DNA of 64,000 nucleotides. It comes from an uncultured Gammaproteobacteria bacterium. Lineage in GTDB: Bacteria > Patescibacteriota > Microgenomatia > CAYSOG01. The stretch lies in contig CAYSOG010000006.1 in assembly GCA_964432675.1 (NCBI GenBank), forward strand, positions 1,824 to 65,823, in the 5' to 3' direction. The translations under genes were made by a program, and so were the position numbers. The notes below the pieces were generated by a model. It saw only the letters and a list, made by a program, of their open reading frames with translations, was not told where the DNA came from and ran no database searches. Of this stretch, positions 10,101 through 18,709 are shown one piece after another; the first letter of the stretch is position 1; every line of letters starts with the position of its first letter.

Positions 10101-10544
10101 AGTTATAACCCTGCGACACAGAACATTGAAGTAACAGCAAGCGATAATCAACCGTACCAACCCTCTTTGAATGACGCTGGCAGTACAATTACTATTCAAG
10201 ATGCAGCCGGTAATACTACAGTGTTACAAGTTTCACGCCAAAATACCCAAAAAGGGTTAAAACTTGTCGTTTCGTCAATTCAATATAACTCACTTTCGCC
10301 GACTATTCTACCTGGAGACTTTCTGACAGTAACAGGGCAAAGTAGCATACAAAGGAATACAAAATTAGGTCAATCTGCTAATTTATATAACGAGGAGAAA
10401 GTCAGTGCGCAATATGATCCGACTACGAACACGACATCGATAATAAATAAACTGGTGAATGCAAAACGTCAAACCGAAACACGACAGGGACTTGTATTAA
10501 TAAAAATGGCAACTGCAAACGGTAGCTTAAGTATTATTTATTAG
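7176..10544 (+). CDS. Secreted multidomain protein: N-terminal BNR/Asp-box repeat domain fused to an alpha/beta-hydrolase lipase (LCAT/PGAP1-like), plus C-terminal beta-sandwich domains
   Basis: Signal peptide. Five or more S-x-D-x-G-x-T-W Asp-box motifs (SVDNGASWQ, SADSGATWT, STDGGTNWQ, STDSGNSWQ, SSDNGATWT). Lipase nucleophile elbow 'AHSLGGL'. Long Thr/Ser-rich C-terminal region. Confidence 0.75.
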   Translation: MFFRLGLPAGLLFFTFFILLPHPVFAASWQKVSNLPTTNISSFASIDAGIFAADNQTTFSRQSENGIYQILVDGSAATKTFSNSQFWVNSLISVGNTMYATTFQDTTFGQGGVYKSVDNGASWQLTSLTPTHTKYLAGNSAVLLAASNTTMWRSADSGATWTPVMQFGSFEQFLAISIAGNTAFASSTNALYRSTDGGTNWQAITIPQLTKQFLGQNGNLVLAGGNAQGLMRSTDSGNSWQIINDASYGGEQPVGPFTFAPNGNIYAGGYTMSSGGYNTGTMFSSSDNGATWTKIDAGITHSLSSTQAVQAVLATSNKVFISLLQGDVFVLDTTPPLAPAKTPLILIPGIGGSEFTASSAITHAATDGHGGTFSHNYDAGELLWVNIAQALLPGTDDYFDVLRMNTDGTTPLHNEVTLDGSVVPQAYGNFVKFFTDNGYVLNKDLFLYPYDWRKDVTISAFLLDGRVNQVLQQTGTTKVDIVAHSLGGLIARKYTADASNATKVRKQITLGAPFLGSVNSLKALRYGTCVDYILLNNCMGINKEEIKDVVQNMTSNFELLPDQNYYTIYDNSDRNHPYPFRDDRDIDNNGVTGALNYDQTKTLLTNLQHNTSLFNPSEQFHTVDNTLAQTNGVEIYTIAGSGKCTLGNVREFSKINFLGQAVNKTEESTINGDGTVPLFSASLTDTTKNFNLAGQTKVYYTNQEHSALTSNGSALQLAKAILNGDSTLPTGVSSSAYKASCKQISVLSPVTVDVYDTNGNHTGPTANGGFETNIPGSSYDEINEGKTVVLPEDGQYTIKLKATDNGSFDLKVKDITNDAPTQELVYSDVPITLSSAATLVVDQSQPSPQLQLDSNGDGTTDQNISPTTLAGNTANDTAAPKTSINVSGTQGYGNWYKSSVTVTLQANDEIGGSSVAKTEYSLDGGKTVQLYNQPFVISAEGTTNLKVRSMDNAGNQEVFVTKDILIDKTPPEAIISYNPATQNIEVTASDNQPYQPSLNDAGSTITIQDAAGNTTVLQVSRQNTQKGLKLVVSSIQYNSLSPTILPGDFLTVTGQSSIQRNTKLGQSANLYNEEKVSAQYDPTTNTTSIINKLVNAKRQTETRQGLVLIKMATANGSLSIIY

Positions 10545-10797
10545 TACTTCTATGTTTAAGTATCTTAAGGAAATAGACCACCATAACCCAAAATAATATA
10601 TTCAAAGCATAATAACTAAAGGCAGAATTATAAGGATTTATGCATTTGCTAATAGGATATCCAGTAGGTTGACAAGAGCTAAATCCGGAAGGTGTGTTTG
10701 TTAAATATCCAATTATCATCTGTAGAAGCAAGCTCACAAGCCATAAAGCGATCCCGAGTATTATAAGAATAGCCAGTTTCTTCCAATTTAATTTCAT
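10534..10797 (-). CDS. Small integral membrane protein, hypothetical
   Basis: Two predicted TM helices. Sits in an operon position upstream of trpS. Confidence 0.4.
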   Translation of the reverse strand: MKLNWKKLAILIILGIALWLVSLLLQMIIGYLTNTPSGFSSCQPTGYPISKCINPYNSAFSYYALNILFWVMVVYFLKILKHRSTNK

Positions 10798-10800
10798 ATA

Positions 10801-11796
10801 TTAATACAACTTCATGGCTTCGCGGACGCGGGACATGGTTTTTTGGGCTTCGGTGAGGGCCTTTTGGTTACCGGCGTTTAGTACTTCATCGACGATACCC
10901 GATTTACCTTCAAATTCTTTACGGCGTTGGCGAATGGGGTCCAGAAAAGCGTTTATGGCTTCAACTAACTTTTGTTTTACTTCGGTATCCCCCACTTTGC
11001 CTTCGGTGTATCGCTTTTTTAAGTCTGCAACTTCTTCCTTGTTACTATTAAAGACATCGTGATATAGAAATACGGGGTTGCCTTCGACATGGCCAGGGTC
11101 GGTTGGGTGAATTCGGGTGGGATCAGTGTACATTGATTTTACTTTTTGCTCAACTTCTTCTTTGCTATCGGCTAAATAAATGGCATTATTGAGTGACTTG
11201 CTCATTTTGGCATTGCCGTCGGTACCAACTAATGAAGGGACATCCCCTACCATTGCTTCGGGGCGAACTAATGTGTCGCCGTAAATGCTATTAAATTTGT
11301 CGACAATTTCTTGGGTTTGTTCGATCATCGGCAGCTGGTCTTTCCCGACCGGCACCAAATTTGCACCGACAAAGGTAATGTCAGCGGCCTGGCTTACGGG
11401 GTACATGAAGAAACCTAACGGCACATTTTCTTCCATGCCTTTTTGTTTCATCTCGGTCTTGACTGTGGGGTTGCGGCCAAGTCTTGCTAAGGTAACTAAA
11501 TTAGCATAATAAACGGTCAGCTCAGCAATTTGGGGAATGCATGATTGTACAAAAATAGTTGCAATAGAAGGATCGATACCAACCGACAGATAATCGAGTA
11601 CAACTTCGCGAATATTATCGCGCACTTTTTCCGGGTGGTCGTAATTGTCAGTAAGTGCCTGGACATCAGCCAGCATAATATACGTTTCATATTCATGCTG
11701 CAGCTTTACCCGGTTCTGTAACGAGCCAACAAAATGTCCCAAATGAAGCCGGCCTGTTGGCCTATCACCAGTTAAAATTCTTTTTTTATCAGCCAT
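10801..11796 (-). CDS. trpS: Tryptophanyl-tRNA synthetase
   Basis: HIGH-type motif 'GRLHLGHF' and 'KMSKS' motif. Confidence 0.9.
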   Translation of the reverse strand: MADKKRILTGDRPTGRLHLGHFVGSLQNRVKLQHEYETYIMLADVQALTDNYDHPEKVRDNIREVVLDYLSVGIDPSIATIFVQSCIPQIAELTVYYANLVTLARLGRNPTVKTEMKQKGMEENVPLGFFMYPVSQAADITFVGANLVPVGKDQLPMIEQTQEIVDKFNSIYGDTLVRPEAMVGDVPSLVGTDGNAKMSKSLNNAIYLADSKEEVEQKVKSMYTDPTRIHPTDPGHVEGNPVFLYHDVFNSNKEEVADLKKRYTEGKVGDTEVKQKLVEAINAFLDPIRQRRKEFEGKSGIVDEVLNAGNQKALTEAQKTMSRVREAMKLY

Positions 11797-11812
11797 ATGT
11801 CATTTCCTTCTG

Positions 11813-12301
11813 TCATTCCGGCTTGGCCGGAACCCTTACTTTTTGTAAGGGTTGATCCTGGGTTGGCTTTGGTGCCAGGATGACGAAAAGTAAGGTACCA
11901 ACTACACCAATACTAATACAAGCATCGGCGACATTAAACGCGGGCCAGAATGGCACCTGAATAAAGTCTATCACATATCCTAAGCGCAATCGATCGATGA
12001 TATTGCTGATACCACCGCCTAAAATTAGCGCTAATAAAATACGGGATGCTACAGACGCTCTGCCCTGTTTTAATACAAACCAAATAACGCCACAAATAAT
12101 GAGCAGAGAGATAAAGGCAAATAATGAGTTATTATTGCCCAAAATACCAAACGTGCCACCGGAATTTTGGATAACCGGTAAGCTACTTGTTACAACAAAA
12201 TGTTTGGACAGTTGATCGAGGATAACCACCGTACTTGCAAAGGCAGCGAGAAAAATTGGTAGTGGCAAAATATTAACGTTTACCGTCTTTTTTAGTTTCA
12301 C
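11813..12301 (-). CDS. lspA: Lipoprotein signal peptidase II
   Basis: 'NSGGTFG' and 'FNVADACI' signature regions and four TM segments. The start may be a downstream Met, since the ORF overlaps the upstream gene by 29 nt. Confidence 0.85.
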   Translation of the reverse strand: MKLKKTVNVNILPLPIFLAAFASTVVILDQLSKHFVVTSSLPVIQNSGGTFGILGNNNSLFAFISLLIICGVIWFVLKQGRASVASRILLALILGGGISNIIDRLRLGYVIDFIQVPFWPAFNVADACISIGVVGTLLFVILAPKPTQDQPLQKVRVPAKPE

Positions 12302-12641
12302 AGCTTAAACAAAGGGTTGCCATTGGAAATACTTCGAGGCGCTTCGGGTCAATCGGCTTGCCACAATATTCACAAATACCATAGTTACCGATACCAAGTT
12401 TAGACATCGCCTTTTTTATTTGCGCCAGCAGCCGCTCTGACTCATTTATATTTGACTCAACCCGCCGGTGACCTTCTTCTTCCATTGATTCGGTGCCAGG
12501 TTCATCTAAAAAACTACGGTCATGATCAAGGAATGGGTCATCTTTTTTTAAGCGCGATAGTTGTTTTTCGATTAGGATTTTTTGCGATTCTAACGTTCTC
12601 TTTACTTTATCTAATGTTTCACTTGGCAAAGAAGTTTTCAT
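12273..12641 (-). CDS. DksA/TraR-family C4-type zinc-finger protein
   Basis: C-terminal 'CEYCGKPI...LCLSC' four-cysteine zinc finger with a coiled-coil N-terminus. Confidence 0.75.
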   Translation of the reverse strand: MKTSLPSETLDKVKRTLESQKILIEKQLSRLKKDDPFLDHDRSFLDEPGTESMEEEGHRRVESNINESERLLAQIKKAMSKLGIGNYGICEYCGKPIDPKRLEVFPMATLCLSCETKKDGKR

Positions 12642-12668
12642 AAGTAATATTCTCTCACTTTCTTATAT

Positions 12669-13454
12669 TCAGGATTGACGTATTTCAGTTGTGCTCATTG
12701 GCGGCGGCACAACAGCAAGTGTGGATCGTCTTGGCGTTTTGTACCAATATAATAAGCAAATACCAATTGCGATTATACTCAAAACCCACTGGCTTCGTAT
12801 CCCAGCCCAGTATACACTGTCACCCCGTAAAAATTCAATTAAAACTCGTGCCAGAGCATAGACAAAAATATACAGCAATGCAACATAGCCTTTTTTGTGT
12901 GAGCGATGGATAATTTGCAAACAAATTAGGAATAAGAGAAGTTCAATCAAGGCTTCAAATAGCTGGACTGGATGCCGTTTCCCTTCGAGACCCACAACCA
13001 TTGTACCCCAAACTAACGTGGTCTTAGCACCATAAGCTGAGCCCGCCAAAAAAGCACCAATTAGGCCAATGGCATGACTAATGGCCACGGTCACCGCTGC
13101 TCTATCTAATATATTACCTACCGCGATGTGCTGGGATCGGTAATACCACACGAGCCCTAGCGTACCACCGCCTAAGGCTCCCCACCAGATAAAACCCGGC
13201 CGAGTAAATATATCTATGACACTAAAAAGATGGGGCCAGAATAAATTAAGATGCAGTAGAACAAAAAGCAGCCGTGCGCCAATAAATCCGCTCATCACAC
13301 TAACTAAAAGGCCATCAAATACCTGTTCGATTGAAATGGATTGCTTTCTTACTAGTTCCCAAAACGTAAAGGTACCAGTAACAAAACTGACCGCTGCAAA
13401 AAGGCCAAAACTATAAAGCGTTAGGGGGCCTAAACGGAAAAGTATCGGCAACAT
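12669..13454 (-). CDS. lgt: Prolipoprotein diacylglyceryl transferase
   Basis: Polytopic membrane protein with the Lgt signature region 'GFIGARL'. Confidence 0.85.
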   Translation of the reverse strand: MLPILFRLGPLTLYSFGLFAAVSFVTGTFTFWELVRKQSISIEQVFDGLLVSVMSGFIGARLLFVLLHLNLFWPHLFSVIDIFTRPGFIWWGALGGGTLGLVWYYRSQHIAVGNILDRAAVTVAISHAIGLIGAFLAGSAYGAKTTLVWGTMVVGLEGKRHPVQLFEALIELLLFLICLQIIHRSHKKGYVALLYIFVYALARVLIEFLRGDSVYWAGIRSQWVLSIIAIGICLLYWYKTPRRSTLAVVPPPMSTTEIRQS

Positions 13455-13551
13455 GGTTCACAGTATACCACGATAAAACTACCCGAAGGCAAATCGAAAG
13501 TTGCTAAACAGCAAATGCCAAGTATTTGATAAATAATACCAATTTCGCTTG

Positions 13552-13579
13552 TTGACAAATTGGGATACGTGCTATAGTA
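13552..13579 (+). promoter_or_regulatory. Sigma70-like promoter TTGACA-16-TATAGT
   Basis: TTGACA at 13552-13557 and TATAGT at 13574-13579, upstream of the 13616 ORF. Confidence 0.55.
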
Positions 13580-13615
13580 GGAACAGTCCCGGAACCTTAG
13601 AGTGGGGCTTTCTTT

Positions 13616-14083
13616 ATGTTAGCGACACCGCACGCGTTAGTCGGCGCGATTATTGCTTCGAAAGTTCATAATCCAGCATTGGGTATTCCCATTGCCTTTT
13701 TTTCCCACTTTTTGTTTGACTTAGTCCCCCATTGGGACTGGGGCTGGCATCCTAATGAAGTCGTTAGTCGTATTACAAATCCAGCAAAAAGGAACACCAT
13801 CTTTTGGGAATCGGTTGCTGATGTTATTTTTGGTTTTGTGCTGTCGTATCTAGTATTTGGACAATCGATTGGTCCTGTTTACTTATTTGCAATGATTATC
13901 GCAGCCCAGGGGCCTGATTGGCTTTGTATGCCATCGTGGTTATTGCATATTGATGTATGGCCAGTTAAATTAGTCTGCCAAGTGCAACACAAATTTCAGC
14001 GCCATGCAAAATTACCTTGGGGAATTCTCAACCAGATAGCCGCAGTTGCGGGGTTTGGCATTTTAATGCACTTGTTGTTTTAG
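13616..14083 (+). CDS. Hypothetical integral membrane protein
   Basis: Four hydrophobic segments. The promoter lies directly upstream. Confidence 0.5.
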   Translation: MLATPHALVGAIIASKVHNPALGIPIAFFSHFLFDLVPHWDWGWHPNEVVSRITNPAKRNTIFWESVADVIFGFVLSYLVFGQSIGPVYLFAMIIAAQGPDWLCMPSWLLHIDVWPVKLVCQVQHKFQRHAKLPWGILNQIAAVAGFGILMHLLF

Positions 14084-14112
14084 CTCTAGTCTATTAATCA
14101 AAATTCTAGAAA

Positions 14113-14150
14113 AAACGCCCTCTTCGGTTTATCCGAAAAAGGGCGTTAAA
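14113..14150. terminator. Bidirectional hairpin terminator between convergent genes
   Basis: AACGCCCTCTTCGG...CCGAAAAAGGGCGTT stem flanked by A- and T-runs. Confidence 0.55.
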
Positions 14151-14175
14151 AAATTTCATCTGGCCTACCGATCCC

Positions 14176-14433
14176 TTATCGCAACCGTATTTTATCTGCA
14201 CGACCTAATGCCCAGATAACAAACGGTACTGCAACGCAACTGCCTGCCACTAATCCAAAACCCTGAGAATTTGCTACTATCATGGCTAAGATGAATGCAA
14301 CGATAAACAGCAATACGCCAACAATATGTATACCTAATATGGCCAGTGCGAACAGAAATAGCTCTAAGAGATACCGGGCGATCTGCTGCCTAATGTTAGA
14401 CCATGTTAAACTGGGTGATTCCGATGCATCCAC
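14176..14433 (-). CDS. Small membrane protein, hypothetical
   Basis: Two TM helices. Lies immediately downstream of efp. Confidence 0.4.
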   Translation of the reverse strand: MDASESPSLTWSNIRQQIARYLLELFLFALAILGIHIVGVLLFIVAFILAMIVANSQGFGLVAGSCVAVPFVIWALGRADKIRLR

Positions 14434-14489
14434 GCCTCACCTCATTCTGAAGTTTTATACATATTGGTATTTAAGGAGCAACGCGCACG

Positions 14490-15050
14490 TTACTTTACCC
14501 GCTCGACGTACGCACCTGTCCGGGTATCGACTTTCACAATGTCACCATCTTTAATAAACAGGGGTACGTCAACTTCAACACCATTTTCTAGCTGGGCTTT
14601 TTTCCAAACATTAGAAACAGAATTACCACGAATACCAGCACCTGCTGTTGTAACTTTTAGCTCAACACTTTTTGGTATTTCAACAGCTACAGGCTCGTCG
14701 TTGACTAGCTGGATTGTGGCTTCCATACCTTCCTTCAAAAACTTGGCACTGTCACCGAGTAACTTTTTGGAGACCTCAAATTGGTCAAAAGTGCTACTGT
14801 CCATAAACACTATTGCATCGCCACTTTCGTAAAGATAAGTGCCTTTGCGCTTTTCCGTAGAAACTTCCTGCACTCTTGCCCCGGTAATAAATGACCGCTC
14901 AACGGTTGCGCCGGAACGAATATTTCTGACCTTTACCTTAATATTGCCCGATCCCCTCCCCTGTTTGACATGTTCGTACGACAATACAACGAAGAGTTGG
15001 CCACCTTCTTCAAATAATACACCGTTTCTTAGTTCTGTAACGTTTATCAT
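14490..15050 (-). CDS. efp: Elongation factor P
   Basis: Full-length similarity pattern of EF-P (KOW-like N-terminus 'GNIKVKVRNIRSG...'). Confidence 0.9.
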   Translation of the reverse strand: MINVTELRNGVLFEEGGQLFVVLSYEHVKQGRGSGNIKVKVRNIRSGATVERSFITGARVQEVSTEKRKGTYLYESGDAIVFMDSSTFDQFEVSKKLLGDSAKFLKEGMEATIQLVNDEPVAVEIPKSVELKVTTAGAGIRGNSVSNVWKKAQLENGVEVDVPLFIKDGDIVKVDTRTGAYVERVK

Positions 15051-15340
15051 TGTTGTAATTGTAAAGGAAGCGGCGTTGCGCCGCGTAAGTTAACATTGTC
15101 TGGCAGTGAAAGCGGTGACGCCAATATAGCCGAGTTCGTGCTTATGTTTGGCACACCTGATACTTGAGAGACCTGTGCCTGTGATTTACCAATCGAAAAA
15201 CCAATAACCGTAAAGAGTATTGCACCAGCAGCAAAACCGTAGACGAAAATTCTATTGCGATAAGCAGACTGGCTTTTAATTTCCTTTTTCTTTTGTTCTA
15301 AAAGCTTGCGTTCTAATTTTAACCGTTCAATTTTGCCCAT
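15047..15340 (-). CDS. Hypothetical membrane protein with N-terminal coiled coil (FtsB/DivIC-like?)
   Basis: A Lys/Glu-rich helix followed by one TM helix. Overlaps the efp start by 4 nt. Confidence 0.4.
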   Translation of the reverse strand: MGKIERLKLERKLLEQKKKEIKSQSAYRNRIFVYGFAAGAILFTVIGFSIGKSQAQVSQVSGVPNISTNSAILASPLSLPDNVNLRGATPLPLQLQQ

Positions 15341-15414
15341 CGGGAATATTATAACGGCCTAACTGGTAAATATCTAGCGTGTTGTGAATAATTTAGATGA
15401 TATAGACAGAAGGG

Positions 15415-16110
15415 TTACCGACCGAAGCGCCGTTGCCGATGCATAAACTCGTCTACAATGTTTTCAATATCTGCGGCTGATAAATCGGGAAAATATTTAT
15501 CAGGATAAAAATACTCGGCATACGCGGCTTGCCAAAGCATAAAACCCGATGTTCTCTGCTCACCACTTGTCCGAATAACTATGTCAGGCAATGGGTATGG
15601 CTCATCTTTCGTATCAAGATATTGTAAAAATGATTCTTCAGTTAGATCTTTAAGGTTTTTACCAGCTGCAGTAATCTTTTTGACAGCGCGCAAAATTTCA
15701 TCCCTGCCACCATAATCAAGTGCAATATTTAAAAAGAACTTTGTAAAATGCTTTGTTTTCTCTTCAATTGCGGCAATTTTATCCATTAACTCTTTGGGTA
15801 GACGGTCACTACGGCCCAAATGGACCACTCGAACTTCGTCTTTCATGGCATCTTTCGCCAATTGGTCAAAAAATCCCATGCCAAGCTTAACGAGATAGGT
15901 AATCTCTTCCTCACTCCTACTCCAGTTCTCGGTTGAAAAAGCCCAAAACGTTAAGGTTGAAATGCCCATGGCACGAATTTTACGTGCTAATTCGGTAGCC
16001 TTATTAGCACCTCTTCGATGGCCTTCCAAATTAGGAAGATTATGTTGCTTGGCCCACCGGCGATTACCGTCGGGAATAATAGCAATGTGGTGTGGAAAAT
16101 TATTTGTCAT
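15415..16110 (-). CDS. uppS: Undecaprenyl-diphosphate synthase (cis-prenyltransferase)
   Basis: 'HIAIIPDGNRRWA' signature. Confidence 0.9.
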   Translation of the reverse strand: MTNNFPHHIAIIPDGNRRWAKQHNLPNLEGHRRGANKATELARKIRAMGISTLTFWAFSTENWSRSEEEITYLVKLGMGFFDQLAKDAMKDEVRVVHLGRSDRLPKELMDKIAAIEEKTKHFTKFFLNIALDYGGRDEILRAVKKITAAGKNLKDLTEESFLQYLDTKDEPYPLPDIVIRTSGEQRTSGFMLWQAAYAEYFYPDKYFPDLSAADIENIVDEFMHRQRRFGR

Positions 16111-16166
16111 GGGTTATACCATAGGTCAACCATACCCTGCCTACGGATTATAGTTCTGCTAGATGC

Positions 16167-16736
16167 CTATTCCTGATCTTCTAAATCGAGCCTCCAGGCT
16201 TGTAAACCTGCAATTGTTAACTCACAGAAAAGTGTGGCACCATTTTCTCTTTTTAATATTACACTATCTTTTTCAGGGTGAGAAGTATCTTTTCGCACTA
16301 CCCTATTCATAAACTCAAGGGCTTCGTACAATACTTCGGTATCGGCGCCGGTTAAGAGGTCACGAATCATCACCGAACGAAGCCGTGGGATATCCTGCAT
16401 ACCAATTTCACGCGGACGTAAAATTGGCTCGTGGTCTTTGCCGTCCCAATTGAATACTTCGGGCTTCCGTATACCTGGCGTTCCATCGTCGAAAAAGCCA
16501 TCTACCTCATCAGCAATAGCATTGACCTTTGGCGTTTCTACCATCGTCACGGGCCTTCGAACGATCGTTTCAGTTTGCAACCGAGACGCTCTTGCCGAGG
16601 CTTGCGACAGTGCATCTAAATAGCGCTCGCGGCTTGATCTTTTATTGTTTTTAGATTTTTTGCGTTCTGGCATACTCTTCCCTCTATTATACCGAAGGTA
16701 ATGTGTGTTTACTAACACGATTATACGGCAGTGCAT
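16167..16736 (-). CDS. Hypothetical basic protein (likely start at 'MPERKK', about 16676)
   Basis: ORF with a Lys/Arg-rich N-terminus. No recognisable domain. Confidence 0.45.
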   Translation of the reverse strand: MHCRIIVLVNTHYLRYNRGKSMPERKKSKNNKRSSRERYLDALSQASARASRLQTETIVRRPVTMVETPKVNAIADEVDGFFDDGTPGIRKPEVFNWDGKDHEPILRPREIGMQDIPRLRSVMIRDLLTGADTEVLYEALEFMNRVVRKDTSHPEKDSVILKRENGATLFCELTIAGLQAWRLDLEDQE

Positions 16737-16802
16737 AAGTATACTGCAGCGTGCAATCTTAGGGCAAGTAGGAATAACGCGGCTCGAAAATGGTATAACC
16801 TA

Positions 16803-18146
16803 TCAAAAAAGGGTCACACCAGTAAAATGGAATTTACTAATATGCATTGCAGGAACTAAATATGCACCGCCCCAGCTGCCTTGCAACGATACATCTTTGC
16901 CAAGATCGACAATATGTAAGAATGCGTCGGGAATGGATTGGGTAAATCGCATATTTTTAACTGGCGCTACAATTTCACCATTTTCAATTAAAAATGTGCC
17001 GTCCCTGGTCATGCCAGTCACGTTTAAAAGCATGGGATGCAGCATACGAATATACCAAAATCGAGTGATATAAATACCCCGCTTAACTGAAGCGACCATC
17101 TCATCAACAGATTTAGTGCCTGGTTGGAACGACAAGTGAAGCGGTATTGGACCATAGGTATTTGGCGCTGGAAGCGCATGGCCGGTATTTTGCTGTTTGT
17201 ACTTGTTGGCAGTATAGCTATCGTAGCAAATATGTGAAGCCACACCCTGCTCAACCAGCGGAAGGGCCTTTTTGGGATACCCTTCAAAATCAAACGGTAT
17301 TGGCATACCTTCTTCAGCAAGCGGATCGTCTGTTATTGATAATTTATCCGAATACAACTTCTCACCCAAATGGCCGGTAAGGTGTGACGAGCCTTCATAA
17401 AATACCCTGGCATTTGGCCCAAGCATAGCATAGAAAAACAAAAACTCCCCGGCTAAGGCATTTGGTTCAAGAATTACTTCATACTCCCCAGCTTTGAGCG
17501 CGATTGGTTTTTTTGGAAAAGCGGCTTTCGCTATTGCCGTATCAGCAATTTTTTCTGGATCAAGCTTTTGGATATCTTTTTCGTATTGCGAAGCGAAGCC
17601 CGTTTTATCGCTGCCGGTTAAAACTGTTGAAAAGTCGCTCGCCGTTTGAGCATGATACCCCCAAACACCTAATGAATTACCAATACAAATTTCGCCGACC
17701 GTTGTATCGAGGGCACCAGCTGCAATTAACTTTTTATCTTGCGACATATCGATAACAGTTTTTACCATCTTGGCCTGAACTTGTGGGTCTGCGCCTGCGG
17801 TATTTTGCACAAAGGCACCTTTTATCACTGGTAGCGTTTGTGGCTGTGGTAAAGATACAAAATGAGGGTCTTCCTGCTGCAGCAATGCAATTTCGTATGC
17901 TTCTTGCGCTGTTTTCGCAAGAGAATGCTTATCGAGTTTATTTGTAGAAGCGACACCAATTTTCTTCCCCACAATAGCGCGGACACTAATACTTGAATCT
18001 TCATACCCCATGTTCTGGTGAATTTGGGAATTCGCAAACCGCGTTAAATGATGGTTCGTCGTCGAAATAAGAACCTCAGTCTGGTCGGCTCGACTTGATT
18101 TAAGTACCGTATCGGTAATTCGTTTTAATTTTGTTTCACCTATCAT
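16803..18146 (-). CDS. pmbA: TldD/PmbA-family metallopeptidase (PmbA/TldE-like)
   Basis: Length and C-terminal domain consistent with PmbA. Shares an operon with the TldD-like gene. Confidence 0.8.
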   Translation of the reverse strand: MIGETKLKRITDTVLKSSRADQTEVLISTTNHHLTRFANSQIHQNMGYEDSSISVRAIVGKKIGVASTNKLDKHSLAKTAQEAYEIALLQQEDPHFVSLPQPQTLPVIKGAFVQNTAGADPQVQAKMVKTVIDMSQDKKLIAAGALDTTVGEICIGNSLGVWGYHAQTASDFSTVLTGSDKTGFASQYEKDIQKLDPEKIADTAIAKAAFPKKPIALKAGEYEVILEPNALAGEFLFFYAMLGPNARVFYEGSSHLTGHLGEKLYSDKLSITDDPLAEEGMPIPFDFEGYPKKALPLVEQGVASHICYDSYTANKYKQQNTGHALPAPNTYGPIPLHLSFQPGTKSVDEMVASVKRGIYITRFWYIRMLHPMLLNVTGMTRDGTFLIENGEIVAPVKNMRFTQSIPDAFLHIVDLGKDVSLQGSWGGAYLVPAMHISKFHFTGVTLF

Positions 18147-18709
18147 AATTTCAATTCGCGACGCAATTTTTCTAAATGCAGTTGCCGTGTATAAAGGTCG
18201 TGGGCATAAATGCCTCCAACAAGAAAATCTGATGTATCGTCGTTTGCAATAAACGCAAAAATCAGATACGGATCAATATCGGGATTTTTCATAATATCTG
18301 GTACGACAATCTCAGGAAATTCGTCACTATGCATATTAAATCCCAATCTACCCCTAGTTGTTGTAACGACTGAAATATCTGGCTTCACTGATTGCCCTGG
18401 TGGCCATTCGGCAAGGTAGGCATCCACAAGGGCATCGGAAACCTCTGGAATCGGAATACCGTCTGATCGCAATGACGCAACACAAAGCTCAAAACATTTC
18501 GCGCCCTTAAGCAATTGCATATGTTCACGTTCTGTAGCATCAAAGCATTCCGCTTTTATTAGCCTTGCTAACGGACTAGAAACGCTTACTTCCTCAGGTT
18601 TCATCCAGCCTGCACTGTTAACCTGTCGAATGCTTTCCTTAATAATCTTTGGCGCAATTGGCCCAATGTTATCTGGCAAGGGTCTTTCTATAGGATCACG
18701 ATCTACCAT
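18143..18709 (-). CDS. Hypothetical protein encoded between tldD and pmbA
   Basis: ORF overlapping both neighbours by 4 and 7 nt. No recognisable domain. Confidence 0.55.
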   Translation of the reverse strand: MVDRDPIERPLPDNIGPIAPKIIKESIRQVNSAGWMKPEEVSVSSPLARLIKAECFDATEREHMQLLKGAKCFELCVASLRSDGIPIPEVSDALVDAYLAEWPPGQSVKPDISVVTTTRGRLGFNMHSDEFPEIVVPDIMKNPDIDPYLIFAFIANDDTSDFLVGGIYAHDLYTRQLHLEKLRRELKL

